From: Macrostomum hystrix
Lineage: Eukaryota; Animalia; Platyhelminthes
Assembly (NCBI GenBank): GCA_950097015.1
Contig: CATNEN010000011.1
Coordinates: forward strand, 2,480,001-2,544,000
Direction: 5' to 3'
DNA: 64,000 nt
Below the pieces are notes generated by a model. It saw only the letters and a program-made list of their open reading frames with translations, was not told where the DNA came from and searched no databases. A program made the translations under genes and the position numbers. Within the stretch, counting starts at the first letter, position 1. Every line of letters starts with the position of its first letter. This document shows positions 11,527-25,010 of the stretch, one piece after another.

Positions 11527-13063
11527 TAGGCCCCCCTACTTTTTATCCATTGAACTTAAAATTCTATAAAAGTTAGCACTAGGCCTAGCTTTAAAACATA
11601 TATGTAATATAGCATAGTTACTTTTGTCTATAGTTTTGTCATAAGTATTTGAGAGGCATCAGTAAATTTTTTCATAATTAATACATTTTTATAGATAGGC
11701 CTAAGTTGCTTTTTGCAAAAACTTGAATGAAAACATTTTTTTCTAAAACAAAATCTACAAACTCTTTGAATACATTAAATAGCCAAACAATACATTAAGT
11801 ACTAAAAAGTATGAAATAGGACGATATGTCATGTACTGTATTGTCAAATTTCGCTAGCTATGACATGGTTTACAATTAAAAATTTACATACGTACCTTGT
11901 GCGATTTTTATCTAATGAACTCAAGTATATCACCGATGCATTCGATCACACAAATCTAAGTGTAGCCTACTTTGTTCTTTATCTAGAGATAGCAACCACG
12001 TGAAGTCTGCACTGCCTTCGTTTTTAGTCTACTTTGTTAGCCAACCAAGAAAGTAAATTTCTTTTTAACCTAAAAAGCTGAAAATGACTACACTCTTTTT
12101 GATATTGCTTTAAGTTATAAAAATATTGCCAGGGCACTAAATAAACTAATATCATCTTAGAGTAGGTGTTTCATTATTCAAAATTTACACCTGAAGTGTT
12201 GTTTTAGTAGTTAAAATACTACACTTTTAACTTTGTGTTTTTCTAAGAACGAAGGTCCTTGTTGCAACGTTGAGCTGAACTGAGTAGCTGGACTTCCATT
12301 CTATAGTATATTTTTGCATAGTGAGACGTTCTGAATTGATTTCAAACATGTTGAAACACAGATTGGATCATGATTTGACAAATGCAACTTTTGGCATTCA
12401 TTAATTGCTAAAAAATACAAAAAGCACGTCCATGTATTGTATGAGTGAGACCTAAGATTCATGTTTTGTTTACGCAAACCATATAAGGATCAATTTAATT
12501 ACTCTAGCTATGTTAAGGAGGCCATAATGTGTTATGAACACCAATAAGCTATGCAAATAAAATATTGTTGACGATATTATTTAAACCAGGAGCTCACTTT
12601 TCATCTATTATAAGTTCTGTGAAAGCATTTGGGCTACTCATAAAATAAATTCAATTCATTTCATTGCCTTTAAACTTTGTTAAACTTTATGCATTATGTC
12701 ACCACACTACCACCATTTATAATAAAACACATTCTTAATCCTAATCCAATTTTTTATCTTTCTGATTCTTAATCTGAAATGAATGGAAGCTTCATGATTA
12801 TTACGAAGTATGGATAATTAGCTATGATTCTCTTTGAGCTACTAAATGTACAACTTTCTTTAAGATTATTTAAAGCATGAGCAGGGATAATTTATTGGTT
12901 TTTAGATTTTTAAATCACCCAATTTAAATATTATATAACATTAACAGTATATCTATGCAAATATCTAGCTGCATAAGACTCTAAAGTATATATATTTACA
13001 TATGGAGTCACATCGTCCAAAAACATTTACAACTTTCATGCTCATTTGTGCCTGCAACTGAAG

Positions 13064-16000
13064 GCCAGCCCAACAGTTCTTGATCTCGTTGAGAAGGTGG
13101 TTGATGTTGCCTTATCTGAGTACATTTGCCGCTGCCTCTCTGATCGTCAAATTCGAGTACTTAGCCTTCGTCAATGCAGCATCAGTGATGAGAGTATAGC
13201 ATTCGTGCTCACAAATCTGGCCTACTCAAACGTCACAACACTGAACCTCACTCTGGGCACTATTGATTCGCCAAAGAAGATCAAGAATTTAACAAAGTAT
13301 TTGCCGAAGTCACACGTCACGCATTTGTCGTAAGTTAAGTTTATAGTGACATGAAATTGTTCCCAGGAAAAAAACTTAAAGCATTTTAAGAAAGCTGGGG
13401 TTGTAAAAGTTGTAAAAGTGAATAATTGTGAGGGATTGAAGTGAATCGTTGTGAGGAATTGAAGTGAATGGTTGTGAGGGATTGAAGTGAATCGTTGTGA
13501 GGAATTGAAGTGAATGGAATTGTGAGGGATTGAAGTGAATCGTTGTGAGGAATTGAAGTGAATGGTTGTGAGGGATTGAAGTGAATCGTTGTGAGGGATT
13601 GAAGTGAATGGTTGTGAGAGATTGAAGTGAATGGTTGTGAGGAATTGAAGTGAATCGTTGTGAGAGATTGAAGTGAATGGTTGTGAGAGATTGAAGTGAA
13701 TGGTTGTGAGGGATTGAAGTGAATGGTTGTGAGAGATTGAAGTGAATCGTTGTGAGGGATTGAAGTGAATGGTTGTGAGAGATTGAAGTGAATGGTTGTG
13801 AGGAATTGAAGTGAATGGTTGTGAGGGATTGAAGTGAATGGTTGTGAGGGATTGAAGTGAATCGTTGTGAGGAATTGAAGTGAATGGTTGTGAGGGATTG
13901 AAGTGAATGGTTGTGAGGGATTGAAGTGAATGGTTGTGAGAGATTGAAGTGAATGGTTGTGAGGGATTGAAGTGAATCGTTGTGAGAGATTGAAGTGAAT
14001 GGTTGTGAGGGATTGAAGTGAATGGTTGTGAGGGATTGAAGTGAATGGTTGTGAGGGATTGAAGTGAATGGTTGTGAGGGATTGAAGTGAATGGTTGTGA
14101 GAGATTGAAGTGAATGGTTGTGAGGGATTGAAGTGAATCGTTGTGAGGGATTGAAGTGAATGGTTGTGAGAGATTGAAGTGAATGGTTGTGAGAGATTGA
14201 AGTGAATGGTTGTGAGGGATTGAAGTGAATCGTTGTGAGGGATTGAAGTGAATGGTTGTGAGGGATTGAAGTGAATGGTTGTGAGAGATTGAAGTGAATG
14301 GTTGTGAGAGATTGAAGTGAATGGTTGTGAGGGATTGAAGTGAATGGTTGTGAGGGACTGAAGTGAATCGTTGTGAGGGATTGGAGGAAACGCTATAGGG
14401 TATTTGCTGAGTGAAATATTTATATTACTCTCTGCGCTGTCCTCACAGGCTTCACGGGACACCCTTGAGTAGTCGCAGCCTTAATCAGTTGCTGCCTACA
14501 CTGCTGACTTTGCCTAGTCTAGTCAGCTTAGATTTAGGCGATTGCGGCTTGACTGACGACTGTGCAACCACCCTCAGTCGCTACCTGTTGTCAATGTCAA
14601 CAACAGGACATTGGAATTCATCTCTGGCCTGTCTGGCTCTAAGCGGAAATTCTGAAATCAGTGGACTTGGTTGGTGCCGGCTGTTTGTGTCGCTAGCCAA
14701 CTGTTTTCGAATTGGCAACCTGGCCAGACTCGCTGAAATGCGGCTTGACTTCACCCGGCTGTGTGATTCGGGTGTTCAACAACTGGCCTTGCTGCTGACT
14801 GTGCCAAACTGCCCGCTGCACTGCTTGGACTTGGACTCGTGCGGAATCACCAATGCTGGCGCTTTAGTAAGTTTCTGGCAGTGATCCTTCGAGGTTCGAT
14901 TAGTGGGTTGCCGTTTCATCATTGCCTCTATTACAGAGATCGGCAAACTTGTTAGCTAGTGGGCCAAAGAGAACGTGAAAGACGACAGCAGGCCGCAGTG
15001 ACAGTAGAAATATGAGCTAGCAAAGAGATAAGACAGGGGAGAGATGAGACAGTGGAGAGATGAGACAGTGGAGAGATGAGACACAGGAGAGATAAGACAC
15101 AAGAGAGATAAGACACGGGAGAAATAAGACACGGTAGAGATGAGGCACGGGAGATATGAGACACGGTAGAGATGAGACACGGGAGAGATAAGACAGTGGA
15201 TAGATGAGACACGGGAGATGTGAGACACGGTTGAGATGAGACACAGCCGAGAGATAAGACAGTAGATAGATGAGACACGGGAGATATGAGACACATAAGA
15301 GATGAGACGGGAGAGATGAGACACAGGAGAGATGAGACACGGGAGAGATGAGACACAGGAGAGATGAGATACAGGAGAGATGAGACACGGGAGAGATGAG
15401 ACAGTGGAGAGATGAGACAGTGGAGAGATGAGACAGTGGAGAGATGAGACACAGGAGAGATAAGACACAAGAGAGATAAGACACGGGAGAGATAAGACAG
15501 TGGATAGATGAGACACGGGAGATGTGAGACACGGTTGAGATGAGACACAGCCGAGAGATAAGACAGTAGATAGATGAGACACATAAGAGATGAGACGGGA
15601 GAGATGAGACACAGGAGAGATGAGACACGGGAGAGATGAGACACAGGAGAGATGAGACACGGGAGAGATGAGACACAGGAGAGATGAGACACAGGAGAGA
15701 TGAGATACAGGAGAGATGAGACACGGGAGAGATGAGACACGGTAGAGATAAGACACGGGAGAGATAATTAAGACAAGGAAGAGATAAGACACGGGAGATA
15801 TGAGACACCGGAGAGATAAGACACGGGAGAGGTAAGACAAGGGAGAGATAAGACACGGGAGATATGAGACACAGGAGAGATAAGACACGGGAGACATGAG
15901 ACACTGGAGAGCTAAGACACGGGAGAGATAAGACACGGGAGAGATAAGACAAGGAAGAGATAAGACACGGGAGATATGAGACACCGGAGAGATAAGACAC

Positions 16001-18016
16001 GGGAGAGGTAAGACAAGGGAGAGATAAGACACGGGAGATATGAGACACAGGAGAGATAAGACACGGGAGAGATAAGACACGGGAGAGATAAGACACGGGA
16101 GAGATAAGACAAGGGAGAGATAAGACACGGGAGATATGAGACACCGGAGAGATAAGACACGGGAGAGGTAAGACAAGGGAGAGATAAGACACGGGAGATA
16201 TGAGACACAGGAGAGATAAGACACGGGAGACATGGGACACTGGAGAGATAAGAGACTGCTCTATTACCTACGTTGATAGATATTCGATATTACACGTGTA
16301 ACCTATCCAAAAAGAAGAAGTGAAGGTGCATTTATAATATATGGTAATATAATAGGACTTATGGGAAGTTTTCGTAAATTGAAACCATAACTTGGCTTGA
16401 CTTATCTCGATAAAAACGCAAATGGGGGCGTGGACGGATCTTTTAGAAACGCAACTACTCCACGCGAGAAAAACTGTGTTGTATAAAAAAGAAAATTTGT
16501 AATGTGTATTGTGACATTATTGTAGCGATATCATTGTCAAATGTCTGGCAGCAGTTGACGCTGATGAAAATTGGTCATCCTTTGCTGCCACATTGTTGGC
16601 GCTGATGGTCCAGACACTTGGCCGGTTGGTAGAGACGAAAATCCATTCCTCGCTGACGCCGGCGCCACCACATGATCATTTGGCGAGTACGGATACCGAA
16701 GCCCGGAATTCACCGCGGCCTTGTTGAACTCGGACCGCGGCAGCCAGCCTGCCTGACAACCCCCGGTGCCTCGCCCAGCAACGGCGCTGCTGAGATCACT
16801 TTTCAAATCGAATTCCTTCCTATAGTGACGGCTAAAGTACATTGCGTCGTCCAGCATGAGCTTGCGAAGCTCGGAACTGCACCACTGGCTGCGTCCATTG
16901 GCCGCTGTCATCGACTGCGCCTTTTGCGGCTGAAAGTACATGAAATTGTTCCGGAATGGCGCTAATGATTTTTCATTTTCACTTATGAACCGCAGCTGGT
17001 TCGATGGTCCCATGCATGTCAAGTTACCATTGCGGCAAGGCACTCCAGCGTTTTTATGTACCGTTGTCGAATCGTAATAATACGCATTGTTGTTGTCGTT
17101 GTAGTTGTCCCTACAGTCCTGCGAGAACGAATGCGAATAATGGTTTCCTGTCCACGGACATTGATTCATTCTGTTGGCTCTTGGAAAAAAATATGTTGCA
17201 ATTCTGATTTCCAGTTCAACATTTATAGGGCAGCAGCTGACAGCAGCTTATTCTACCTCGTAAATGAATTAATATGGTCAGATCTTCTTTATAGACTTTT
17301 ACCGTTAAATAGATGTTTACCATAGACATTTTATCGATCAGAATTCGGCAAGTATCCACTGTTGGAGGTGTGACTAAAAAGCTGCTCATTCTTCCTGATT
17401 TGGCTAAGAACATTCAGCTACAGAGCTAGTTATTGGATAGCGCAGTTTAAGCTTCCTACAAATATAGTCCATATTTTGGTTACTATGCATGCTGGTATCA
17501 TTTTTTAAATAGAAGCGTTGCTAAGACACGCGTATTAGTGTCTTTTGAGTTGATCACATAAGTGCTTGGGCCAGGTATTAGTTTAATTATATAATAAGTG
17601 ACTATAATCTTCAAGATTGGGCCAGATGTGCAGCCAAAATCTGGAAAATTTATTTTCCATCTTGTGAAAAGTTTAGATTATATCTCGAATATTTTTAACG
17701 GCGTTTTTACAACTTTAACCAATCAATTCAGACCCTGAGCTTCCTACTGGAGAACTTCCAGTTCAGTAGTATACGACGCATATCTCTGGCCGAAAATGAA
17801 GACATCTCGGCAGATAATTTGAGTGCCATCTCAAGCCTGCTAGCTGCTCAACGAGCTAGACAACGAAGTAACGCCGGCACCGTCGAGACGGACGACGAGG
17901 AGGCTTCAAGACTTGGCGATCAGGACCAGCTGGGAGACAGCGAAGATTGGACTGAAGTAAGCGCCCTGACAACAACTGGTACCAGCGCAATGGATGCCCT
18001 GCCCAGCCTGCGATAG
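13064..18016 (+). CDS. LRRC73: Leucine-rich repeat protein LRRC73-like; exons 13064-13329, 14449-14866, 17732-18016 (start codon not located)
   Basis: ICRCLSDRQIRVLSLRQC, LNLTLGTIDSPKKIKNL, LHGTPL...LVSLDLGDCGLTD, LSGNSEISGLGWCRL and TLSFLLENF...ISLAENEDIS match human LRRC73 as recalled (ICRGLRDNAVRLLSLRGC ... TLLDMVENY..LVLAENSIS). Junctions are phase-consistent. Confidence 0.85.
13420..14385. repeat. 23-bp minisatellite (attgaagtgaatggttgtgaggg) in LRRC73 intron
   Basis: Tandem units filling most of intron 13330-14448. Confidence 0.95.
15020..16250. repeat. 16-bp purine-rich minisatellite (gagatgagacacagga) in LRRC73 last intron
   Basis: Period of 16; block duplications are visible. Source of the CLISPVSHLS ORFs. 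Confidence 0.93.
16537..17169 (-). CDS. Orphan 210-aa ORF nested antisense in LRRC73 intron
   Basis: Non-repetitive ORF with exon-like GC content. The ATG is immediately preceded by an acceptor (ccaacag|a ATG). No recognisable domain. Confidence 0.55.
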   Translation of the reverse strand: MNQCPWTGNHYSHSFSQDCRDNYNDNNNAYYYDSTTVHKNAGVPCRNGNLTCMGPSNQLRFISENEKSLAPFRNNFMYFQPQKAQSMTAANGRSQWCSSELRKLMLDDAMYFSRHYRKEFDLKSDLSSAVAGRGTGGCQAGWLPRSEFNKAAVNSGLRYPYSPNDHVVAPASARNGFSSLPTGQVSGPSAPTMWQQRMTNFHQRQLLPDI

Positions 18017-19212
18017 CAGAATAATGAACACTCAGATTTTTCGTGGTTTTAGTTGGCTAAAACTAAATCAATTTCAGTCACACCCTTTCAAACTAATCTT
18101 TTAATTCTCTTTCGAGTGGTTTGCAATACTTCAATTGTTGCCTGCCTAAGCGTCCGAGACTCACAAATCTAGTCTATTTTTAGTTGTTTTACACCAAGCT
18201 TTGCATTATTCAATTTTTACAATAATTAAAAAATTCATATTTTTCGTTTTCACAGACTATTGTTGTAAAAATACACTTTTGTATAAAAGCCTTTAATATT
18301 AGTTTTCAGACACTAAAAGAACTCTTTTGCCACCTTTATTTGTATAAGTAACCAGATTTCCTTTGATATCAGTTTATTTTATTAGACAGTAGTTTTTGCT
18401 TTTCATCTGATACATTTTTTATCTTGAAATCCTGATTTTAGAGACGAGTAATGAAACAGAACAAGGGCTTCAAGACTTGTCCTATTGCTTGGTTTTAACC
18501 TGCATTGCTATAAAATTCATCACTGCTTACAATAAATTGGGATTGGTGGGATAATTAACTAACCTTTAACAGCTAATTTCACTCTTAAACAAAAGCAATT
18601 TTCATGTTTCAGTATTTTAAATAAATCAAAACTTTTATGCTTGTATATTTGATATGCATATATAAGTGTTTATCTGATATTATTAACGTTAGATTTAGGG
18701 TGACCATTTATTTAAAGTCAAATTGAAGTAACACAGCAATTTTATAAACTGCACAATTTACCTGTTTTGTTTTCATCTATGTTCTAAAACATAGCAGAAT
18801 ATATACACACTGATACCTTCAAAATGAAATTAAAAAAAATATCTAATTAAATGTCACCTTGCTTGCAAAACAGTTTAGATTGGCATGCTAGATAAAAAAC
18901 TACATGCTTTGATGGCTTGTCTTTGTTTATTTGAAACAAATTTTAATTACAAAAAGTACAAAAATCTTACAATTAGGCAAAAGTAACAAGTAAAATACAA
19001 ATTTATTAATACCTAATTTATTTTTTGCATCATTTACTTATTCTTACTTATTCTACTCAGAAAAAAGATTGTTTACATTGGTTACCGCTTTACCAATTTA
19101 AATATTAGGCCAATTCAGAGCATAAACCCACTTGAAGTTACAAAAAACTCACACAAAATTACGTATTATTTGAGTGTTATTGAAAATTATGTTTTGAAAA
19201 AGTTTAATGGCT

Positions 19213-21211
19213 TCACTTGTCTGCAGAGTATTGGTCTTTGTTCTTTAGCAGAAATGCAGCCAAATATTCAATTGGATTTGGGGGTCTCTCCTTAGACAGA
19301 ACAGCTAGACCTTGCAGTAGCACAGGGACAACTGTTTGGTCTAAGTAAGCTCTTGTTGGCAAGGCCTGAACTGCAACACGGGGCTTCTTGGCTGATGCAG
19401 CAGCATCAGCATGCTCAGCATCAGATATCTTGGCCAAGCCTTCAGGAACTGTAGGTGGTTGTTGCTGTTCACCAGTAGCCAATGAATCTTGATTGGCTTC
19501 AACAGCATCAGTCATTGGAGTATCAGAAATTGGTTCAGCTGGTGAAATGTTGAAGATTAAAATTATATATTCACATTCACATATATATTTTCACATTCAT
19601 AAATCAAGAAGTGCAGATTTTTGCTAAAATTGACTACATTCTATTTATATCATTCACTAATTGAATCATCTGCTTAACTTTGCGCTTTTTAGCACTTAGC
19701 TTAGTCTGTATCTTAAATTTTATGACCACTTTGAGATAAGTAGATTAGTGAAAATTATATACAAGTACAAGTAAAATCCTTTACTTATAATTTTGGTTAA
19801 AGTTGCTACTCTAGCTATGCTAACAATGGTGAAGGACTAAGACAACCACAACCCAACACTAAGATAATCCCTCTGTAGATATGATAGATCTTAAGACTTA
19901 ACAGTAGAACTACCAAGGCGGGGGGAAATTCCAGACAATTTTTCTGCTGCACCCAAACGGAACAATGCAAGCACACGAAACTCAAGAACACGGGCCAACT
20001 TTTTGTTGCGCATCTTATGAAATAAGAAACAAGTCGCCAGCTCTTCAGACCATTGAGATATTCAATGTTTCTGGTCAAAGGTCTGATTTTTCCCAAAAGA
20101 GCTAGTATATTTCACACAACCCTATACACGAATTTGCACTGCGCCTCAGTGTGGCCTTTCCAGACCTTCAAACTTTATCAGCATGTCACCTGAATATGCT
20201 TGCATCATCTCCAACTTTGGCGGTCATATACTTTATCTAGACAGAGCTGCTGGACCTTCAACAAGTGGCACCAGCTGACTACGGAGTCCCTAAAGGCTAA
20301 AGCAAATTTCTCTACTTTCGCTGATCAAGCCTTGACAGGTCCAGCAGCTCCATCAAGATAAAGGTCTGTGACAGCTGAAGTCGGAGATGATGCAAGCAAT
20401 TGTCAGGGGGGAATTTACCCCCCTCGGTATAAAAATGATTAATTTATAAATTGCTCAAAGCTGTTAATGAACAATAGGACTATAGCCAAGACATAGCTTA
20501 CAACAATATAACATTTTCTTTACTCAATATAATAATAAATAATTACTCAAAATAATAAAGGCAAAAACTGATAAAAATCCTTCAATAGTGAAATTGTTGT
20601 GTCGGTCATTCTAAGAAGGAGCTAGTGCTCATTGCATAGATAAAAGCTGAGATTGAGGCTGTGACCCTATAATTCTAGATAAACGCCCAGTAAAGACAGG
20701 AAAAAAGAGACCAGTGCCTTAGAAGGATAAACTGCTCGTGCCAAATGCAAGTGCTACCTTAAGCAGTCCCACAAAGTAAGATTTGTGGAGTTAAAATGGT
20801 TTATTTCAGGGTCATCAGATAAAGCATAAGGGATATGCAGAACTAGAGAGAGAGAGAGAAGTAATATCGGCCTAAATAATACGCTACCAAGAGAGAGGAA
20901 GATATAGTGTTAAGCCATGTTACACTAACAAGCAGTGCCTATTCCTGGCACTATAAGCAAGGTCAATATTAATTAAAATTCAACATAGTCAGAAAACAAG
21001 AAATTCAGACATGTAGTTACAGGGATTAAAATAAAGAGATGCTCGAGTCAAGTTAAAGCAAGAAACTGATAAATTGCTCGAAATTAATAATCTGACACGT
21101 ACTCGTCTAGAATAATTTTTCTGCCCGTGAAGATAGAAACATAGAGTGCAGACTGAATCGTATAATCGTATAAAATATATTATTTTTTATCTTACCTGAT
21201 TTAGATTCCAT
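19213..21211 (-). CDS. DPY30: Dpy-30 (COMPASS subunit); exons 21196-21211 and 19213-19538
   Basis: [43 protein letters not shown] is the DPY30 core. The 16-nt exon ATG GAA TCT AAA TCA G|gtaag splices in phase to caccag|CT GAA CCA... Confidence 0.92.
19920..20423. mobile_element. Foldback/MITE-like dispersed repeat in DPY30 intron
   Basis: Termini gggggaaattccagacaatt / aattgtcaggggggaatttaccccc are inverted. Arms 20189-20262 and 20333-20407 are imperfect inverted repeats. 19934-20263 is homologous (reverse strand) to 48206-48527. Confidence 0.7.
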
Positions 21212-24200
21212 GTTGTAACAATCTAGTGCGTATTCTGCCTGACCATACGAATATTAAGCGTTATCGATGACCGCCAGACTCGCCAGAGACGAATATAAGC
21301 AACGAATTATGAATGCCTTTTAAAATCTTGTAGACGTCTTGACATTGTTATGGAATACAACTAATTACTGTAATTCAGTTGCAAATGTAGCTAGAAAGCT
21401 AAGAATAGTTAACATGTGGCACTAACTTTGGCTTTGTAAAATCGATAAAACTATAAAAAGGCGAAAAAATTAGTTTTAATAATTATGAACGACATCCGGC
21501 AGATTTAAAAAATAATATATAATTCAGAATTCGTCAAACAGTCCCTGATTTCCAATATTGCAGAAAAACTATTGTTTTCCTGGGAGTTTGCTTTCGAAGA
21601 GATTTAACAAAAGTTGAATCTTTCCTAAAAATAAATTCTATTTAGGAAAACTTTCTAGAAATTCTTTCCTAAAAAGTAAAACGAAAAACAAATATTCATT
21701 ACACGCACCAAGTATATCTGATCTCTTGTTTGTGCCCAGATGTGCAGCCGAAAGAGTGCTCATTCCAAATAGCTTGTATGCCATTCTCAATTCAGTTATT
21801 ATCGAGAATTATTCATTTTATTTAGCCACCACACCGGCATACATGCATTTTGCATAATATATATATGACAGCTCTCTAAAACAGGCCTTTCGACAAATTT
21901 ATCGCAAAATAAATGTCCTCACATTGACATAGAATACTAAGGACTTAAATCCACTTTAACTAAAGTTGGATGTTTGTTCTTTAAATAAAAGTTTAAAGAC
22001 TCGTAAATTAATTAAGGTGCTTGTCCCTTACCAGTACATTGTTACATTTGAGACTCAGTCAATATCTCTACGGTTGTGCTTGTTGTACTTGTACATTTAT
22101 GTATAATTCTGAAATCGAAATTCAAATTTAGCGACTTCAAATCATGGAATTTAAAGTCCTCAATTCACATATCCATCAACCATTTACTATTCAGAAAATT
22201 CATTTAATTTCGACGAGCATAAAATAAATCTGGTTACATAAATTGTATTTTTTTGCTCGTATTCATATTAGGAGCTAATAAAGTAGCACTACGGTATTCT
22301 AAACAAGAAAACTTCATTTCAGTTAATCGTAATCCATCGTTAGTTTGAACTCATGAATACTTAAAAAAGCAAACAGAAGGAAGCATAAGATATAGAGCTA
22401 CTAACCACATTACACAAGCATTAGAAAAAACAATTAGAAAATCAGAAAAAAAATTGACAGAATCAAATTCTCGAAAGTTTTTTAAAAACAAAACCTCAAA
22501 ATAATCTGTACATCAGTTGTGTACAGTCGTGGCCCCGATTTCTGTAAGTGAAACTTCAATCTCTTGCGTAAAATAGATAAGAAGTTAAAAGTTCACAGAT
22601 AGTAGTACAGAAATAAGTCAAATGAAAAGCAATTTACTTATGCGTTCGTATTACAGTAATATTACGAACTTTAACTTGGTGGTGTTTTAATTTGATGAGC
22701 ATGAATTGAAGAGATGTATGTATGAATTCAATGGATTGATGACATTCGTACGGTGTGAGTGGATTATATATATGACGTAACTCGTTTGACCGATGCAGTT
22801 AGATTCCAACAAGATAGAGCATTGAAACAGACAGTTTAACAAATACGATTTGATGTGCAATTTACGAGTTATCAGTATACGTGTAAATGACAAAACAGAC
22901 GGGCTACATTAATTTGAACTCAAGACATGTCTGATAATTTTAAAATCAAACCTTTTGGAATTAAAACTAAGCATCGGTTGCGCTTTCTAAAGTCTACGAA
23001 AGATTATGGTGAGTTTGAATGAACAAATGAAGCTAATGAAAAAGTGGATATTTTAACACGCCACATATACTACTGACAACAGCAATACTATGTAATCAGA
23101 AAGTAGCTATGGATGCATATTATAGGTGGAAGCTTATACTTTATTTGTATTATCACCTATTAGTTGAATTAATAGAGAAATATATAAAAAAGATCACCAA
23201 AAAACTAATGCGGATGAAACTGAAATATTGCGAGCTACATATTACCATCACCGCAAAATTAATCTTTAGAGAATCAAAGCATGATACTGTAAAAAATACC
23301 GTACTGATGTCGACAAATAAAAGATGAAGCTTTTAACACCTTCTTGGTTTTATCTGCCTTTCCTCTCCAATCATTGAGTTCCACTTTGATGCCTGCTGCA
23401 ATCTGAAAGAAGTGTTTTTTTACCGATTTCCTATTTAGGTAATGCGTATAATGAAAGCAAGGAAAGCAATAAAACTTCTCTGGGGGATTAGGTGTGTATT
23501 TTGGGAATATTAAGCTGCATTTTCTGGTCTCAGCGGATGTATGACCACCCGGTGACAATAATTATCAGAACAAAACCAGATAATTGAGATAGACGCTTTA
23601 TTGCAAAGGTAGATTGCGTTAGAGACACTTTGACACCGAGCGGACACCAATCCGCTGTAGATTATCCAGATTACCTTTTTAAAATTTGTTGTTATAATGC
23701 TGCAGTACAAATCAATAGTAATTTACCTTAACTCACCCATTGGCCTTCTCATGCCAATAGATTCATGTATTGGTTGTTCTGTGCCAGCTGTACGGCCTAT
23801 ATACGTGGCCTTAAAGGCTCGGCGGTGGTTACAAAGGCCACGACCCAGAGTTGGGCTGGCCTAAATATGCGATCGTCAATGCCATGTGTAAGAGTTTTAG
23901 TTTTTAGGGCCCGCTGTACAATTTGTTATTGGTCCTCCCTCAGAGAGAAGAGACCCGGTCGGGAAGGGAATTGCAGTTCTGGTTGGCTAGAATTAGCTCT
24001 CTTCCCATATACTCGCTGCTTCTTCTCATTTCTCTCCACTGACGCTGCCTTCCTTCGCTGTCCCGGCGTGACCCGGTCACGAACCGAAGCCAGCTGACCT
24101 TACAACTCGCTAACCCCAGCCAATGGCATCGCGCGGCAAGGCTTTGGCTTGTCAAGCACACTAGAACAGAACGCGGGAACGCTAGAATAGTCACTGACCC

Positions 24201-24249
24201 GGCCGGGGTCAAAGCAGGGCTTGGACGGCAAAGTCATTAAAAATGGTTG

Positions 24250-24470
24250 AATTGCGTTCCCTGAGACCACTATTATGTGGGACACAGCCTTTTGGAGGCT
24301 TAGAATTTACACGCTCACTAGGACATGCCCTCACAGTGATAGAGTGAGTGTACACTGCCTGACGATTTTGTTTTAGATATAGTTGGTGTGTGCTGTGTTG
24401 GTTGTCAGCTGTTTTAGATTAGGGCCAGGTCTGCAGAATTGCCCTCACGATGGCTGCGGGTGGGCTGCAT
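24250..24470 (+). mobile_element. Highly decayed SINE copy
   Basis: cacagtgatagagtgagtgtacactgcctgacga and gcagaattgccctcacgatggctgcgggt match internal blocks of the SINE copies at 28891 and 40837. Confidence 0.55.
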
Positions 24471-24639
24471 CTGCAAATGCTCATTGTTATAATCGAGTGT
24501 GGACGTCATCATTCCTTTCCTTACACTGTCCATACTTAGTTTTAACTTTGTACAATAAAGTAATAATTTTATGTTAAAAAGATTATTTAAGTGTGATCGT
24601 ATACTGCGGCCGTTTGATGAGGCCGCTAGCTGTTACCCT

Positions 24640-25010
24640 TATGTTCCTATGATGAGGCCACTGTTAATCTTAGTCCTAATCGTTTGATGATGCCGCTGTT
24701 AACTCTCATGATCCTTTGATGATAACGCTATTAACTCTGATCGTTTGATGATGCCGCTATTAACTCTGATCGTTTGATGATGCCGCTATTAACTCTGATC
24801 GTTTGATGATGCCGCTATTAACTCTGATCGTTTGATGATGCCGCTATTAACTCTGATCGTTTGATGATGCCGCTATTAACTCTGATCGTTTGATGATGCC
24901 GCTATTAACTCTGATCGTTTGATGAGGCCGCTATTATATCTGACCGGTTGATGGAACCGCTTTTAATCCTAATGCTTTGATGAGGCCGCTGTTAACCCAG
25001 ATTATTTGAT
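24640..25010. repeat. 29-bp minisatellite (gatcgtttgatgatgccgctattaactct)
   Basis: Period of 29 (24739 vs 24768). Confidence 0.9.

Noticed and set aside
14937-14950. Possible micro-exon (ttacag|agatcggcaaactt|gttag) in LRRC73
   Set aside because: Direct phase-0 joining of 14866 to 17732 already reproduces the recalled human alignment, and the donor is weak.
13386-16240. 358-425-aa His/Ser-rich and Cys/Leu/Ser-rich ORFs
   Set aside because: Produced by 23-bp and 16-bp intronic satellites in LRRC73.
24090-24170. ccaat...cgcggca.ggct motif similar to the reverse strand near 45030
   Set aside because: The similarity is too short and does not extend; it cannot support a shared element.
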